Shown: positions 23,381-36,847, counted from the first letter of the stretch. The stretch is 48,198 nucleotides of DNA from Octopus bimaculoides (GCF_001194135.2 NC_068986.1:18286005-18334202), one strand, 5' to 3'. A program made the numbers and translations. The notes: generated from the sequence alone by a model not told the origin.

Positions 23381-23421
23381 CATTGGTAGTAGCAGGGGTG
23401 GTGGTCGTCGTCGTAGTGGTT

Positions 23422-23461
<40 letters not shown>

Positions 23462-23538
23462 CAGCAGCGGCAGTAGCGGCAGCAGCGGCAGCAATGGCAG
23501 CAGCGGTTGCAGTGGTAGCAGTAGTAGTAGTGGTAGTG

Positions 23539-23605
<67 letters not shown>
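23306..23605. repeat. Compound trinucleotide microsatellite (ATT, GGT/CGT, AGT, AGC)
   Basis: Direct reading; explains the poly-I/S/T/V/L ORFs. Confidence 0.95.
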
Positions 23606-23611
<6 letters not shown>

Positions 23612-23800
23612 CAGAATCGTTAGAACGCTCGGCAAAAATACTTAATAACATTTCATCTTTGCAGATTTTTGGAGTTCAAATTCCGCCGGAATCGACTTTA
23701 CCTTTAGTCCTTTCGGAGTCGCTTACTTAAGTACCAGTCATGCACCGGGCTTCATCTAATCGACAAACCTACTCCACGTCTTGTGCTTACAATTATGAAG
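23606..23800 (+). mobile_element. SINE family A, diverged
   Basis: 'ggcagaatcgttagaacgctcggcaaaa...ggagttcaaattccgccgg...ttaagtaccagtc...cttgtgctta'. Confidence 0.8.
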
Positions 23801-24652
23801 AACTATTATTGTCGGTGTTGCTGTTTTTGTTGTTCCTACTCTTACATTTCCATTTCGTTGTTGATTTCTTCTTCGTATTCGAAACACGATATTGTCTCTT
23901 TGTTGCAAATTACGGTTTTCAAAATACTTTTGAATAGCAACAAACGAAGCTGTATGTATTTCTTCATTCACATATACATTTTCAGTCACACGTATAAACA
24001 CGTCCCTAATATATATATATATATNNNNNNNNNNNNNNNNNNNNNNNNNNNNNNNNNNNNNNNNNNNNNNNNNNNNNNNNNNNNNNNNNNNNNNNNNNNN
24101 NNNNNNNNNNNNNNNNNNNNNNNNNNNNNNNNNNNNNNNNNNNNNNNNNNNNNNNNNNNNNNNNNNNNNNNNNNNNNNNNNNNNNNNNNNNNNNNNNNNN
24201 NNNNNNNNNNNNNNNNNNNNNNNNNNNNNNNNNNNNNNNNNNNNNNNNNNNNNNNNNNNNNNNNNNNNNNNNNNNNNNNNNNNNNNNNNNNNNNNNNNNN
24301 NNNNNNNNNNNNNNNNNNNNNNNNNNNNNNNNNNNNNNNNNNNNNNNNNNNNNNNNNNNNNNNNNNNNNNNNNNNNNNNNNNNNNNNNNNNNNNNNNNNN
24401 NNNNNNNNNNNNNNNNNNNNNNNNNNNNNNNNNNNNNNNNNNNNNNNNNNNNNNNNNNNNNNNNNNNNNNNNNNNNNNNNNNNNNNNNNNNNNNNNNNNN
24501 NNNNNNNNNNNNNNNNNNNNNNNNNNNNNNNNNNNNNNNNNNNNNNNNNNNNNNNNNNNNNNNNNNNNNNNNNNNNNNNNNNNNNNNNNNNNNNNNNNNN
24601 NNNNNNNNNNNNNNNNNNNNNNNNNNNNNNNNTATATATATATATCTCTCTC

Positions 24653-24692
<40 letters not shown>

Positions 24693-27600
24693 ACAATATG
24701 AGAAAGAATAAATAGAAGAGCATAATAGTTGTAGGCTAAGAGAGAATTGTAAAGCGCGCGAATGAAAAGAAAACTGTACGCAACACAACGACAAAAATTA
24801 AAACGTTGACAAAAAATGTTTACCGAGAGTTTGCTGCTAGTTGAAAATGTTTTCGATGAACGTTTAAGAGTAAAATGCCTCATTAGTAAAATACGTTGTA
24901 ACTCGAAGAGTAGCCATATGTTGATGTGTGCATTGAAAATGTAGGAAAACTGAAGAACCCACCCAAATAAAATTAGGTAGAAAAAACGAAAATAAGAAAT
25001 TACAGCAAATAAAGAAAATATATATTACATACGGATCATTAAGGGAAAATAATATTAATAAAAAAAAATCATGGCATTTGGGTTCTGATCGATTGTGTTG
25101 AATGTTTGTCTAATTTAAAGTGTTTTACAATGTGGTTTGCACTAAACAATGCTATTCACGTTAAGTAAATTGAGTAAACGCTTCCTTAAAAGAAATGTAA
25201 CATTTTTCTTTTCGTCTTCTTAGTAGAATTACAATCGTTAAACGAGTAAAATATATGTGCGGATGTATCTATGCACATATATAACTTAAATAGATTCATA
25301 AGTACATACGTATATTTGTGTCTATACACACATACACTTATATATAGAATGAGAGGTGGTATGAGGGAGATTGATAGGTATACAGTATGCATCCTTATAC
25401 ATCTATGGCGATATATATATATATATATATATATANNNNNNNNNNNNNNNNNNNNNNNNNNNNNNNNNNNNNNNNNNNNNNNNNNNNNNNNNNNNNNNNN
25501 NNNNNNNNNNNNNNNNNNNNNNNNNNNNNNNNNNNNNNNNNNNNNNNNNNNNNNNNNNNNNNNNNNNNNNNNNNNNNNNNNNNNNNNNNNNNNNNNNNNN
25601 NNNNNNNNNNNNNNNNNNNNNNNNNNNNNNNNNNNNNNNNNNNNNNNNNNNNNNNNNNNNNNNNNNNNNNNNNNNNNNNNNNNNNNNNNNNNNNNNNNNN
25701 NNNNNNNNNNNNNNNNNNNNNNNNNNNNNNNNNNNNNNNNNNNNNNNNNNNNNNNNNNNNNNNNNNNNNNNNNNNNNNNNNNNNNNNNNNNNNNNNNNNN
25801 NNNNNNNNNNNNNNNNNNNNNNNNNNNNNNNNNNNNNNNNNNNNNNNNNNNNNNNNNNNNNNNNNNNNNNNNNNNNNNATATATATATATATATAGACAC
25901 ATATAGGGGTATACATACATACAAACAAATATACGTGCATACATACATACATGTATATATGCATAGTAGAGATAAGCACAATTCTATATAAGTTGTTTCT
26001 ACGTACATTTCACTATTATGGTTGTTTTCACACCTCTTTTGAATGTCCCAAGGGCATTTGAGTGCTGAATCATTGCAAATCATCAGGGAATACCTTATTA
26101 CACTAAATTAAAGTGAATCAGTGTCCAATGCACCGTTCGATGCAACCAAAAATGGTAAAAAGGACGTAGGCACTAGCAATAAAACCTGTGTTTATCTTAA
26201 TTTTTTCTGTATCTGCTCTGTATTTCATAAATATTAATACCACTTACTTTAGAAATTATTGAAACGTTATACTGCAAGTAGGCTGGGATAAGATAATCTA
26301 CGTAGAGCTCTGAAATTACTAGTAGCATTCGTACATCTATTTGTAACCTCAAACTTCAAAATACGTCGTGTATTATATTATGACATAATTAATTCTGCTA
26401 AACGTTACATGTTATCATGTTAGTAAAATATTTTCATCATTGTATGAATGTGTATATAGTAACTTTGCTGAGACAGTGATGCATATATTTATATTTATAT
26501 ATTAGTTTATTTTCTACCGTAATGTGATAAATTTGTAATGTATAATACGTCCAGTATATTTGTTATCTGGACTACAAATGTTCAAAGCTAATGAAATTTT
26601 ATTTTATATTGCTAGATAATTTCAGCCGTTTTGCTCTTCATTTATCTGCATGTGTTATGATTTACCAGTGTATGACATAATTTCATATGGTTTTATATGA
26701 CACACAAATTATTTCAGAACAGATATATTTTTGAAAAAATATCTTTAAATCGTACACCGCCATGCGAACACTATATATAAATATATTTACGTGACTACAC
26801 ATAATCGGTAACTTATTGGCAGTTTTCGCTCTGTAAAATGACTTACACTTTCATTGCCAAGCCCCAGTTTCAACTTCAACGGATTAGCCTAATATATCAC
26901 AGAGTGCGAGGAAACACGAAACTAACCTGTTGAGAAGCGAACCTCAACATAACCCAGTCATGACTTTGATGTAAGAATTGTTTTCAACACTAAAATTTCT
27001 AAAGTTTTATGTTCTATATTCCAAAACTTATGCAGCGTCTACGATGAATTTAAGTGAATATATGAAGGAACATGTAAAATATACTACAAATAAACATTAG
27101 TATCAAGACGTCGAAAATATACGATAAAGAAGAATATTATTTATAGATTTAAGAAGAAAAGATTATATTTATTCAAGAGTTTTCTGTTTAGTTTTTGTTT
27201 GATTTACGAAACAAAGAAGAAAATATCTCAACGGTCAATGGATTGTCCGAATCTTCTTTCTGAGACACAAGTATATGATACGCACACACAGCTCACACAC
27301 ACACACAAACACACACACACACACANNNNNNNNNNNNNNNNNNNNNNNNNNNNNNNNNNNNNNNNNNNNNNNNNNNNNNNNNNNNNNNNNNNNNNNNNNN
27401 NNNNNNNNNNNNNNNNNNNNNNNNNNNNNNNNNNNNNNNNNNNNNNNNNNNNNNNNNNNNNNNNNNNNNNNNNNNNNNNNNNNNNNNNNNNNNNNNNNNN
27501 NNNNNNNNNNNNNNNNNNNNNNNNNNNNNNNNNNNNNNNNNNNNNNNNNNNNNNNNNNNNNNNNNNNNNNNNNNNNNNNNNNNNNNNNNNNNNNNNNNNN

Positions 27601-28139
27601 NNNNNNNNNNNNNNNNNNNNNNNNNNNNNNNNNNNNNNNNNNNNNNNNNNNNNNNNNNNNNNNNNNNNNNNNNNNNNNNNNNNNNNNNNNNNNNNNNNNN
27701 NNNNNNNNNNNNNNNNNNNNNNNNNNNNNNNNNNNNNNNNNNNNNNNNNNNNNNNNNNNNNNNNNNNNNNNNNNNNNNNNNNNNNNNNNNNNNNNNNNNN
27801 NNNNNNNNNNNNNNNNNNNNNNNNNNNNNNNNNNNNNNNNNNNNNNNNNNNNNNNNNNNNNNNNNNNNNNNNNNNNNNNNNNNNNNNNNNNNNNNNNNNN
27901 NNNNNNNNNNNNNNNNNNNNNNNNNNNNNNNNNNNNNNNNNNNNNNNNNNNNNNNNNNNNNNNNNNNNNNNNNNNNNNNNNNNNNNNNNNNNNNNNNNNN
28001 NNNNNNNNNNNNNNNNNNNNNNNNNNNNNNNNNNNNNTATATATATATATATATGCTAATATACATACACACAAACTCACACACATACACATATATATAT
28101 ATACATGCATATACAGAAATATATTCATTTTCATATCTA

Positions 28140-28220
28140 TGATTGTTATTATCATCATTATCATCACTCCTCCTACTACTACTATTACTACTTCTACCAC
28201 TACTGCTATTATTATTATTA

Positions 28221-28269
<49 letters not shown>

Positions 28270-28295
28270 CATTATTATCGTTATTATTATTATTG
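28140..28295. repeat. Compound (ATC/ACT/ATT)n microsatellite
   Basis: Direct reading. Confidence 0.95.
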
Positions 28296-28881
28296 ACAAT
28301 GTAGCATATACGCCATTCCCTTTACTTCATTGGAGTTAATAACATTTAATAACGTTGTTTCGATATTTACTTTCATTTAATCGGATTAAGTAGGTATTTC
28401 GGGATATTTCGAGAATGCATATAGATATACGCTTTGATATCTTTGCATCATTGTATTACGTAGGTTCGCAAACATAATATATCCCAACAAACTTCTATTC
28501 AAAGTAACTAGGTTTATTTGACTTGCGTTAGAAATGAGCCGAAAGTATTGTATTGCAGACCATATTGTATAAGATCCTCTACTCGCATTTTCATGCTTCT
28601 TCAAATAAAGAAGTATGTAGGGAATTTATTTTCTAGTATATCGGAATTCATGCATTTCATCAATGGATATTTGTTTCATCTATGTGTTTCAAGAATAACT
28701 CGGTTATTTATGTAATATATGTATAATTTCCATATACATATATATTCATACACGCCTATATTTACATATATACATACACACACACACACACACATATATA
28801 TACATGTAATATATGTATGTATGTATGCATATCTATCTATACATGTGTGTGTATATTTACATACATCTCTGAATAAAAATA

Positions 28882-28925
<44 letters not shown>

Positions 28926-29807
28926 TGCGTATGCGTGTATGTGTGAGTGCGTGTGTGTGTCTCTGTGTGTGCATATACACATGCATATATAGATAGCCAT
29001 AGATTCATTGCCATATACANNNNNNNNNNNNNNNNNNNNNNNNNNNNNNNNNNNNNNNNNNNNNNNNNNNNNNNNNNNNNNNNNNNNNNNNNNNNNNNNN
29101 NNNNNNNNNNNNNNNNNNNNNNNNNNNNNNNNNNNNNNNNNNNNNNNNNNNNNNNNNNNNNNNNNNNNNNNNNNNNNNNNNNNNNNNNNNNNNNNNNNNN
29201 NNNNNNNNNNNNNNNNNNNNNNNNNNNNNNNNNNNNNNNNNNNNNNNNNNNNNNNNNNNNNNNNNNNNNNNNNNNNNNNNNNNNNNNNNNNNNNNNNNNN
29301 NNNNNNNNNNNNNNNNNNNNNNNNNNNNNNNNNNNNNNNNNNNNNNNNNNNNNNNNNNNNNNNNNNNNNNNNNNNNNNNNNNNNNNNNNNNNNNNNNNNN
29401 NNNNNNNNNNNNNNNNNNNNNNNNNNNNNNNNNNNNNNNNNNNNNNNNNNNNNNNNNNNNNNNNNNNNNNNNNNNNNNNNNNNNNNNNNNNNNNNNNNNN
29501 NNNNNNNNNNNNNNNNNNNNNNNNNNTATATATATATATATATAAAATAAATAAATATATATATTTATATATATATATATATATATGTATGTATATATAA
29601 CTACACATATATATATATATATAAATACATACACACACAAAACCATATGTAATTATATATATATAAGTGTTTGTGTGTGTGTGTGTATGTATGTATATGT
29701 ATATTTGCTTACAATGTTGATTCGGCCCATACCACTAGATGTACTAGGCTCGTTTTAGCAGACTACGAAACTTTTTTATGATGCCGATTCCTACAATTAT
29801 TAAAGTA

Positions 29808-31183
29808 TACACGTATGTCTTACCACAATTGCTGAAGTTCGCTGGAGCACAGACTTGTATATATATATTTACAGATATGAAAGAAGTAAATAGACACGCC
29901 GTTGTAATCATAAAAATGTATTTAAATCTGAAGTAATACATTCAAATTATTCGTTCGTTGTTATAATGTGAACGTTTAATATTTAGTAGACATGCTCTTT
30001 GCCTTTTTTTAATGCACGGGCCCTATTAGGCATGTTACTGATCAGATGGTGAATATTCTCTTCCGGAATTTCTTGCTAAGTTTAATGAAATAATCTCAAA
30101 AGATATGGTTGTGAAGATGCTTTCGTGTTCTGTTTATGAAATGCCCTATCCTGTATTCCTCAGAGATGTTCTACAGGGTTCATATATGTAAACTGTCGTG
30201 GCTATGGAGGCTTTCTAATACCATTCTTTTCGAAGAAATATTAGTTCATTTTAACCGTATGACAAGGAACCCCATCTTCCATAAATAGAGTGTCTTCTTT
30301 AATCATTTCACCACTGGAGATGCTTGGAAGGACTCCTTTCTGCAATATGGATACATATATTTGAGTTTATCTATCCCTCACACTCCACCAGCTCTGATCA
30401 ACCATTGCTCCAAATTGTTCTCCAGACCATCTCAGAATAGCTGCTGTGTTTCATTGCTGATTGCAATATTTTCACATCAAATTCTTGATCACAGAATATC
30501 CAGACCCACATCCGACCACTGTTAGAAAATGCAGCAAATCTGGACTCATCATAGGATATGACAGTGTCCCGAAATTCTAATGGCACGCCACCATCTCACT
30601 GGCCCAATCTTTTCTCCGCTTCGTATTGGGCTGGTCATAGATGTGGCTTCCTTCTTCCTGTTCTCCCATAATAACCAAGTTTGTGGAGATACCTGACATA
30701 TGTTCTGGGACCGACATCAACTTACTCTGCTATGTCAGATGTCTTGCAACTAGGATTATCCTCCACACTTCTCTTAGCAAGTAGAAGAGTCTTGTTAGAG
30801 GTCCCTGGATGATCTGGACAAGGTGATGTAGACTCCTTCCCCTCTCTGGTGAATTGCGCAATCACTCTGTTAACTGTAGAAGATGGGATCCCATTGTTTT
30901 CTGCGATTTTACGCTGACTATATCCACCTTCAGAATAACCCACAATACGACCTCTTTGAAATTCAAACAGTTCCAAGGTTACTTTTGAACATGGCATAAT
31001 TAAATAGTTACATATAGAATCTGTAAAATAAAAATGTCAATTAATAAGAAATATAAACATTTACCAGTTAAAATAAACGGAAAACGATGTTTTATGTGGT
31101 GTCTATTTACTTCTAACATGTGTGTATAGTAAATAATTGTCTACGAGTGTTTGGCAGTCTACGCACCCGAAGACGTGCATGTA
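29808..31183 (-). mobile_element. Tc1-like (DD34E) DNA transposon, near full length, inactivated
   Basis: ORF 30722-30997 paired-like HTH ([28 protein letters not shown]); 30398-30586 carries DESRF; downstream minus strand EDGVPCHT...MNPVEHL with 34 residues between D and E; 16-bp perfect inverted repeat at 29882-29897 / 31099-31114 inside probable long degenerate TIRs. Confidence 0.88.
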
Positions 31184-32614
31184 TATAGCTATTATTGGAT
31201 CATATTAATGCAGTAATGTGTAGAATATCAGTAGCTTTCAGCTATCGTCAGCTGATACGGATGCATAGAATCTATTGTAGTGACCCTTGTATAAAAATGT
31301 TTTTGTATAAACTCTAGGGATACTCTGAAATTCCTACATGTATATCCAGTAAAAGAAGTCTTATTGTATGAGAAGCATCTGGCAGCCGATACCCGCAGTA
31401 GAGCTTTGGAAGGTTGCATTATAGTTATGTGTGTCTGTGCCTCTGTGTGTGTGTATTGTGTGTGTATTATGTGTGTGTGTATGTGTGTGTGTGTCTGTGT
31501 GTGTGTGTGAGTGTGTGCATCTTACATATGCAAATACATATATANNNNNNNNNNNNNNNNNNNNNNNNNNNNNNNNNNNNNNNNNNNNNNNNNNNNNNNN
31601 NNNNNNNNNNNNNNNNNNNNNNNNNNNNNNTATATATATATATATGGAAATGATCAATTATAAGCAGGTGTAATAATGAAATCATCATCCATAAAATATT
31701 GTTACCGTGTGTGTTGTTTATGTGCTCCTGAAAAGCGGAATAGCGCCAGGATATGTCTCTTTCGGAGGCAGAGTGCGAACATTTACCGATTACCTGGAAC
31801 CAGACGATCAGATGCGACGCATAATTAAAAACGGTGGATATCGATATATCTGTGTAATTCTCATGCTCATCAGTACCATGTGTGTGTGTGTGTATGAAGG
31901 AACTGCAAACGTGCAGATGCTTCTCATTCTTTGTTTGAAGACCTTGCTCAAGAGCTATTGAAATGGAGGGCAAGTAATGTTAAGGCAATTCAAATTTTCG
32001 ACAGTTGACGATTGATGCCTCAAGAGACGTGGGGTAAAATACCCAAATACGATCCAAGCCGATCTGTGTAGTGGTTCTGTGTTAAGGATAATCTCGCAAA
32101 ACTTTAACTGCATTAAAGCAACATCAGAAACACAAACACAATGATAAGCAAAGCCAACGATACAGAGCCTCTAGGCACTCATACATCGAAATCGACTGAA
32201 GTGGGCATCAAACATATGTGTGTGTGTGTATGTATATATATATATATATACATATATATNNNNNNNNNNNNNNNNNNNNNNNNNNNNNNNNNNNNNNNNN
32301 NNNNNNNNNNNNNNNNNNNNNNNNNNNNNNNNNNNNNNNNNNNNNNNNNNNNNNNNNNNNNNNNNNNNNNNNNNNNNNNNNNNNNNNNNNNNNNNNNNNN
32401 NNNNNNNNNNNNNNNNNNNNNNNNNNNNNNNNNNNNNNNNNNNNNNNNNNNNNNNNNNNNNNNNNNNNNNNNNNNNNNNNNNNNNNNNNNNNNNNNNNNN
32501 NNNNNNNNNNNNNNNNNNNNNNNNNNNNNNNNNNNNNNNNNNNNNNNNNNNNNNNNNNNNNNNNNNNNNNNNNATATGTATGTATATTTATATGTATACA
32601 TATATGTATATTTT

Positions 32615-32925
32615 ATATGGTGGTTGTCTACTACTTATACAGAGTTTGACCACCTCCTGTACCTACACCTTAGCACCATCATGTCGTCTGATGTGGCTTT
32701 TTAAACCAGACAATGTTCTGAGAAAGACACCCACATATATATTGCACCTCTGAATTGGACCACCAAGTGCTGCAGATAAGTTCTGCTCTTTGTGGATCTT
32801 AAAATGTTTTTTGAGTCCTCCGTTGGATTTGCAAACCTTCTGGCATACATTGCATTCAAAGGTGTGCACAAACATATAGGCAGAATAGTTGGTATAGTCA
32901 ATGTTAAAGTGTTTTATACACATAC
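32615..32925 (-). mobile_element. RTE-like LINE 3' end with two C2H2-type fingers
   Basis: CNVCQKVCKSNGGLKKHFKIH plus a degenerate second finger (CNIY..LKSHIRRH), non-TGEKP linker, upstream 'KHFNID' like RTE post-RT sequence, then a ggtggt...accacc stem (32619-32654) and a TA-rich tail. Confidence 0.65.
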
Positions 32926-33596
32926 GTTCGAAAGAAGGCCATCACACAACTAAACATACACGAACGAGAAGTAATTATTATTACTATCTCAAATAACACA
33001 GCGGAATTCCTGAAGTAGATCCAACGGAAATATACCCCAACTGCAGATGACACCTGGTAGCCCCAAACTGTTCTAATGCTCTACTCAACACTTTAACTTG
33101 TTAATCAACATATAACCTTTCATCAAAAAATTTTAAATATATATATTCTTTGATGACTATTTGGTGCATTCCTAAGATTATCTCCTGGCATGTAATTGAT
33201 CAGCTATCAGTCATTCGAAGGAATAACAATAAGAGAAATATCAATCAAAGACAATAACAGAATCGATGTAAAAATTACAAAAAATGATATCATAAGGAAA
33301 TTTCCGTAACAATCTATAAATGGAGTCGATATAGCTCGTTGTTTTCTTCTCATTTCCTTAGGTTCTGACTAATCTGAATGTATTTTTCAGTCCTTTTGGT
33401 ACACTGTCTATGGTGGCTTAAATTATAATCAACAGAAGTAGACATGTAATAGTTGAACAAGTTCCAAATATTTTTAAGTGATAATTTTCAAGATTTATAT
33501 ATCTGTGTGCATATTTCATTGTAAATGTGTGAGTAAGCGATATTCATATAGGTGAACTATAGGAATCCAACGTCATCAATAGCGGCTACAACTCAC

Positions 33597-33651
33597 CCCC
33601 TCTCTCTTTCTCTATCTCTCTCTCTTTCTCTATCTCTCTCTCTTTCTCTCT

Positions 33652-33732
<81 letters not shown>
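33597..33732. repeat. (TC)n microsatellite
   Basis: Direct reading. Confidence 0.95.
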
Positions 33733-33733
<1 letters not shown>

Positions 33734-35740
33734 CCACTGAAAGAAATCAGTTGAAACAGTGATTCTAGGGGAAGCTAGCCAAAAATTAAAGGTAGACTTT
33801 AATTGAGTGACCATAAAAGAAAGGAAACTTGTGCGTAATGTAGGTGTATATGGTATATTTGTAGGAAAAACTTAGACCTGTAAACCAGTAAACCATTGAG
33901 TGAAAAGGTTGTTTCGTAAGAGATATATGACGTGTTTAAATTATGCAAGCATTGATGTCTGAATGTAAATACATACATTACTATGTGACATTCATACATA
34001 CGTACATACACATATGTATATAAATCTGAATATAAATACATGCATATGTATCATATATATATATATATGTATATATATATATGTGCGTGTGTGTGTGTGT
34101 GTGTTTGTGTAAGTGTGTGTGTTTGTGCGCGCGTGTGTGTGCGTGCGTGTGTATGTATGTGTGTATCTATGAATATTTGTAAATGGGCAATTTTAGTGAT
34201 CACGTGATATTCTCTTCCATTATTTTAGCCACTTTTCAAGAAAGACAACTGAGGAAATGTCTCGTATGTATTATGCCATAGCAAGGAAACATATATGTTT
34301 GGTTGTGTGATAGCTTTCTGTCGAACGTATGTATTTAACACACTGTAACATTGAATACACCAATTCACAGTAGACAAATTAAGATGGAAGCCAATGGCGT
34401 GTAAAAACATTTGAAAAAGTAAGAAACAGCAATATACAATTGAAAAATAAATGTTTAACAAAAGAAAAGAGAAAGCAAAGAAAAATGTCATAGACTTAGT
34501 TTATATAAACGTTTCCAGCTCTTGGCCTCTCAAATTTTATGTTTTTGAAAGTATACCCGTAGGAATTTTCTAGCTTGTAGATGAGGTTTTACGATTGTTA
34601 CAAGCATTCCTAACTTGTCAACTAATGTAAATATTCCGGACGTATAAATTGTAAAAGTTTTGTGATAATTGTGTAGCAATAGTATGTAATATTAAGGGAC
34701 TTCTCTTTTGTAAAGACCAGAAAACTTGTGATTCAAAGCAAGCTGGAAAACCATCGGGTGAAAAATTTAAATTATTTTCGGTAAACGGATGGCCAGCAAA
34801 ATAATCTCCGTAGTTACTTCATGTCTGTATCTCCAAATGATTTAACAAACCGCAAACATGGTGGTGGTTGATGTAAGATAATATGTGTAGAATATTTCTT
34901 TTAATTTCAATCTGGGGATTATAGTGGCTTTGAAAGTGAAGTTTGATAATATAAAGGCTAAGTGATAAAGGAAAATTGATGAAGAATTTTGAATTTGAAT
35001 AAATAAAATGGAATATAGAAAAGTATATCCTAAAATCAGCAAATATGTAGTTCTATTGAATTTCAGAAAATCAATTGAAAACAGTCGATCATAAGAAATG
35101 TGTTGCAGTGTTCGAAGTACAGTTAGGAGTACCCGAGGGTTTATAAAGTAAAGTTCTCCCCAAATTAGTAGTAGAGAGAGAGGATATGACAAAATACAAA
35201 TATCTCTCTCTTTCTCTTTCTCTTTTTATATATTGTGTATATATATAACATATAATACATATATATGTATATGTATATATATCATATAATACACACACAC
35301 ACATACGCACACAAATCGTATCAGGCAATGCATATGTTTTACTGCGATATATAAAAGTCGTTCATAAAAGTACTCTCCATGTTGCAATAACAAAGTCTAT
35401 TGTAGCAATAGATCTATGGACATTCCTTTACTGTTCAATGTTTCAAATATAATAGGAAAAAATAGTACATTTAAATTTGTATAGATCATTCACTTCAAAT
35501 TCATAGACGTAGAAAACAGTTGTCAACACGTCGAATGACGGCCAGCGATAAATTAACACAGTGGCGCGTGAGAGTTGTATAGTATGTTTACATTGTCAAC
35601 GTCACGTGTGACTTCTTGTCCAATTGAAGAAACGACTTGGGAGGGTTTCCACGATTGACCAATTAAAATTCACTTAGTGTATTGGAAACAGTGTTGGAGA
35701 CAATGTAATATAACTAAATACTGTGGAGACAATGAAAGTG

Positions 35741-35785
35741 AATTCATTTCTATTCATTTCTATTCATTTCTATTCATTTCTATTC
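35741..35785. repeat. 10-bp tandem repeat (tattcatttc) x4.5
   Basis: Direct reading. Confidence 0.9.
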
Positions 35786-36240
35786 GCGAATACAAAGAGC
35801 TAACAAAACATATGTATGAAATACATACCGAATTCTGCGATGGATTGCGAGTCGGGAAATATAAAACAATCGGATATTAATAATAAATTAGGAGCAAGAT
35901 TTATGAACTGTTATATGTCAACATTCTACAATAACTCAAGACATCCAAATACAAGCTTGTGTTCTTCGTGGCCGAGCGTTATACGCACAATTCAGAGACA
36001 TTTAATCACCCAAAGGTTCCGAGTTCAATCCAAGTAAAGGTATCATTTTAAAGGGAGAGGGATGACACATACCAGTCATGACTTAAGCAGGTGCGACAGC
36101 TCAGAATATTAGAAACTAAGGGCCAAATCTCTAGCTTGGGAGTTCTCTGAAGATTTTTTTCCTACTGTACTCTCACCCTCTAGCGAGCTTCTATTTACTG
36201 TAATGTAGTGATCATGAAAATTAAAGGACATAATTTCTGA

Positions 36241-36558
36241 AGGCGAGTGGCGTAATGGTTAGGACATTCTGCTCACGAATTATACTGTCATGAGTTCGAT
36301 TTCCGATGGTGCATTGTGTCCTTGAGCAAGACACTACATATCACGTTGTCCAGTGTATAAAGCTGGACAAAATGGTCTTTATCTGCATTTTAAAGGGCCA
36401 ACCTTGTAATATTCTGCGTCACGCCGAATCTCACTGAGAACTACGTTAATACTCAGCGTGTCTTTGGGGGACTTTGTCGCTTTCACGCTAATTTCAGTAG
36501 AGTGATCCAGTGATCAGATCAACAGGATCACTCATCGTCGTAACCGATGGAGCACCAG
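36241..36558 (+). mobile_element. Old SINE related to family C (different head and core, shared 3' part)
   Basis: tRNA-like head 'gtggcgtaatggttagg...gagttcgattt', 'gtgtccttgagcaagacac' motif, then 'gagaactacgttaa...gatcagatcaac...catcgtcgtaaccgatggag' as in the family-C 3' half. Confidence 0.75.
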
Positions 36559-36847
36559 TGAGTAAACTGTAATTCCTTATTCGGGAAGGTGAGTCACTGT
36601 GGTCAAGAGAATCAAATGCTTAAATAGATAACATTTTCATTCTACGATTTATACCAGTATTTTAATTACCACGCGTAAATATTTGTGCTACGTCATGAAT
36701 GGTTGTGTTATAATGATGCATAACGCCTTCCGTACTTCCTTTCACCACATTTCCTTCGTACTTCCTTGCGTCACCGTATTACTGGTTTGTCCTAACTGAA
36801 ACGTCCATGAAATCCTCTTGTCTATGATTTCTTTTAGTTTAAGTGGT

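Noticed and set aside
28590-28622. 'taaagaagtatgtag', matching the 3' part of miR-1, within a small hairpin
   Set aside because: The miR-1 seed (GGAATG) is absent, and the stem (~10 bp, 6-nt loop) is far too short for a pre-miRNA
31707-31961. Protein-like ORF SGIAPGYVSFGGRVRTFTDYLEPDDQMRRIIKNGG
   Set aside because: No recognised family, runs into (TG)n, and has no consistent splice sites
35955-36035. A-box/B-box-like words suggesting a tRNA gene
   Set aside because: No cloverleaf can be formed; more likely a decayed SINE head. The SINE heads elsewhere are likewise not counted as tRNA genes
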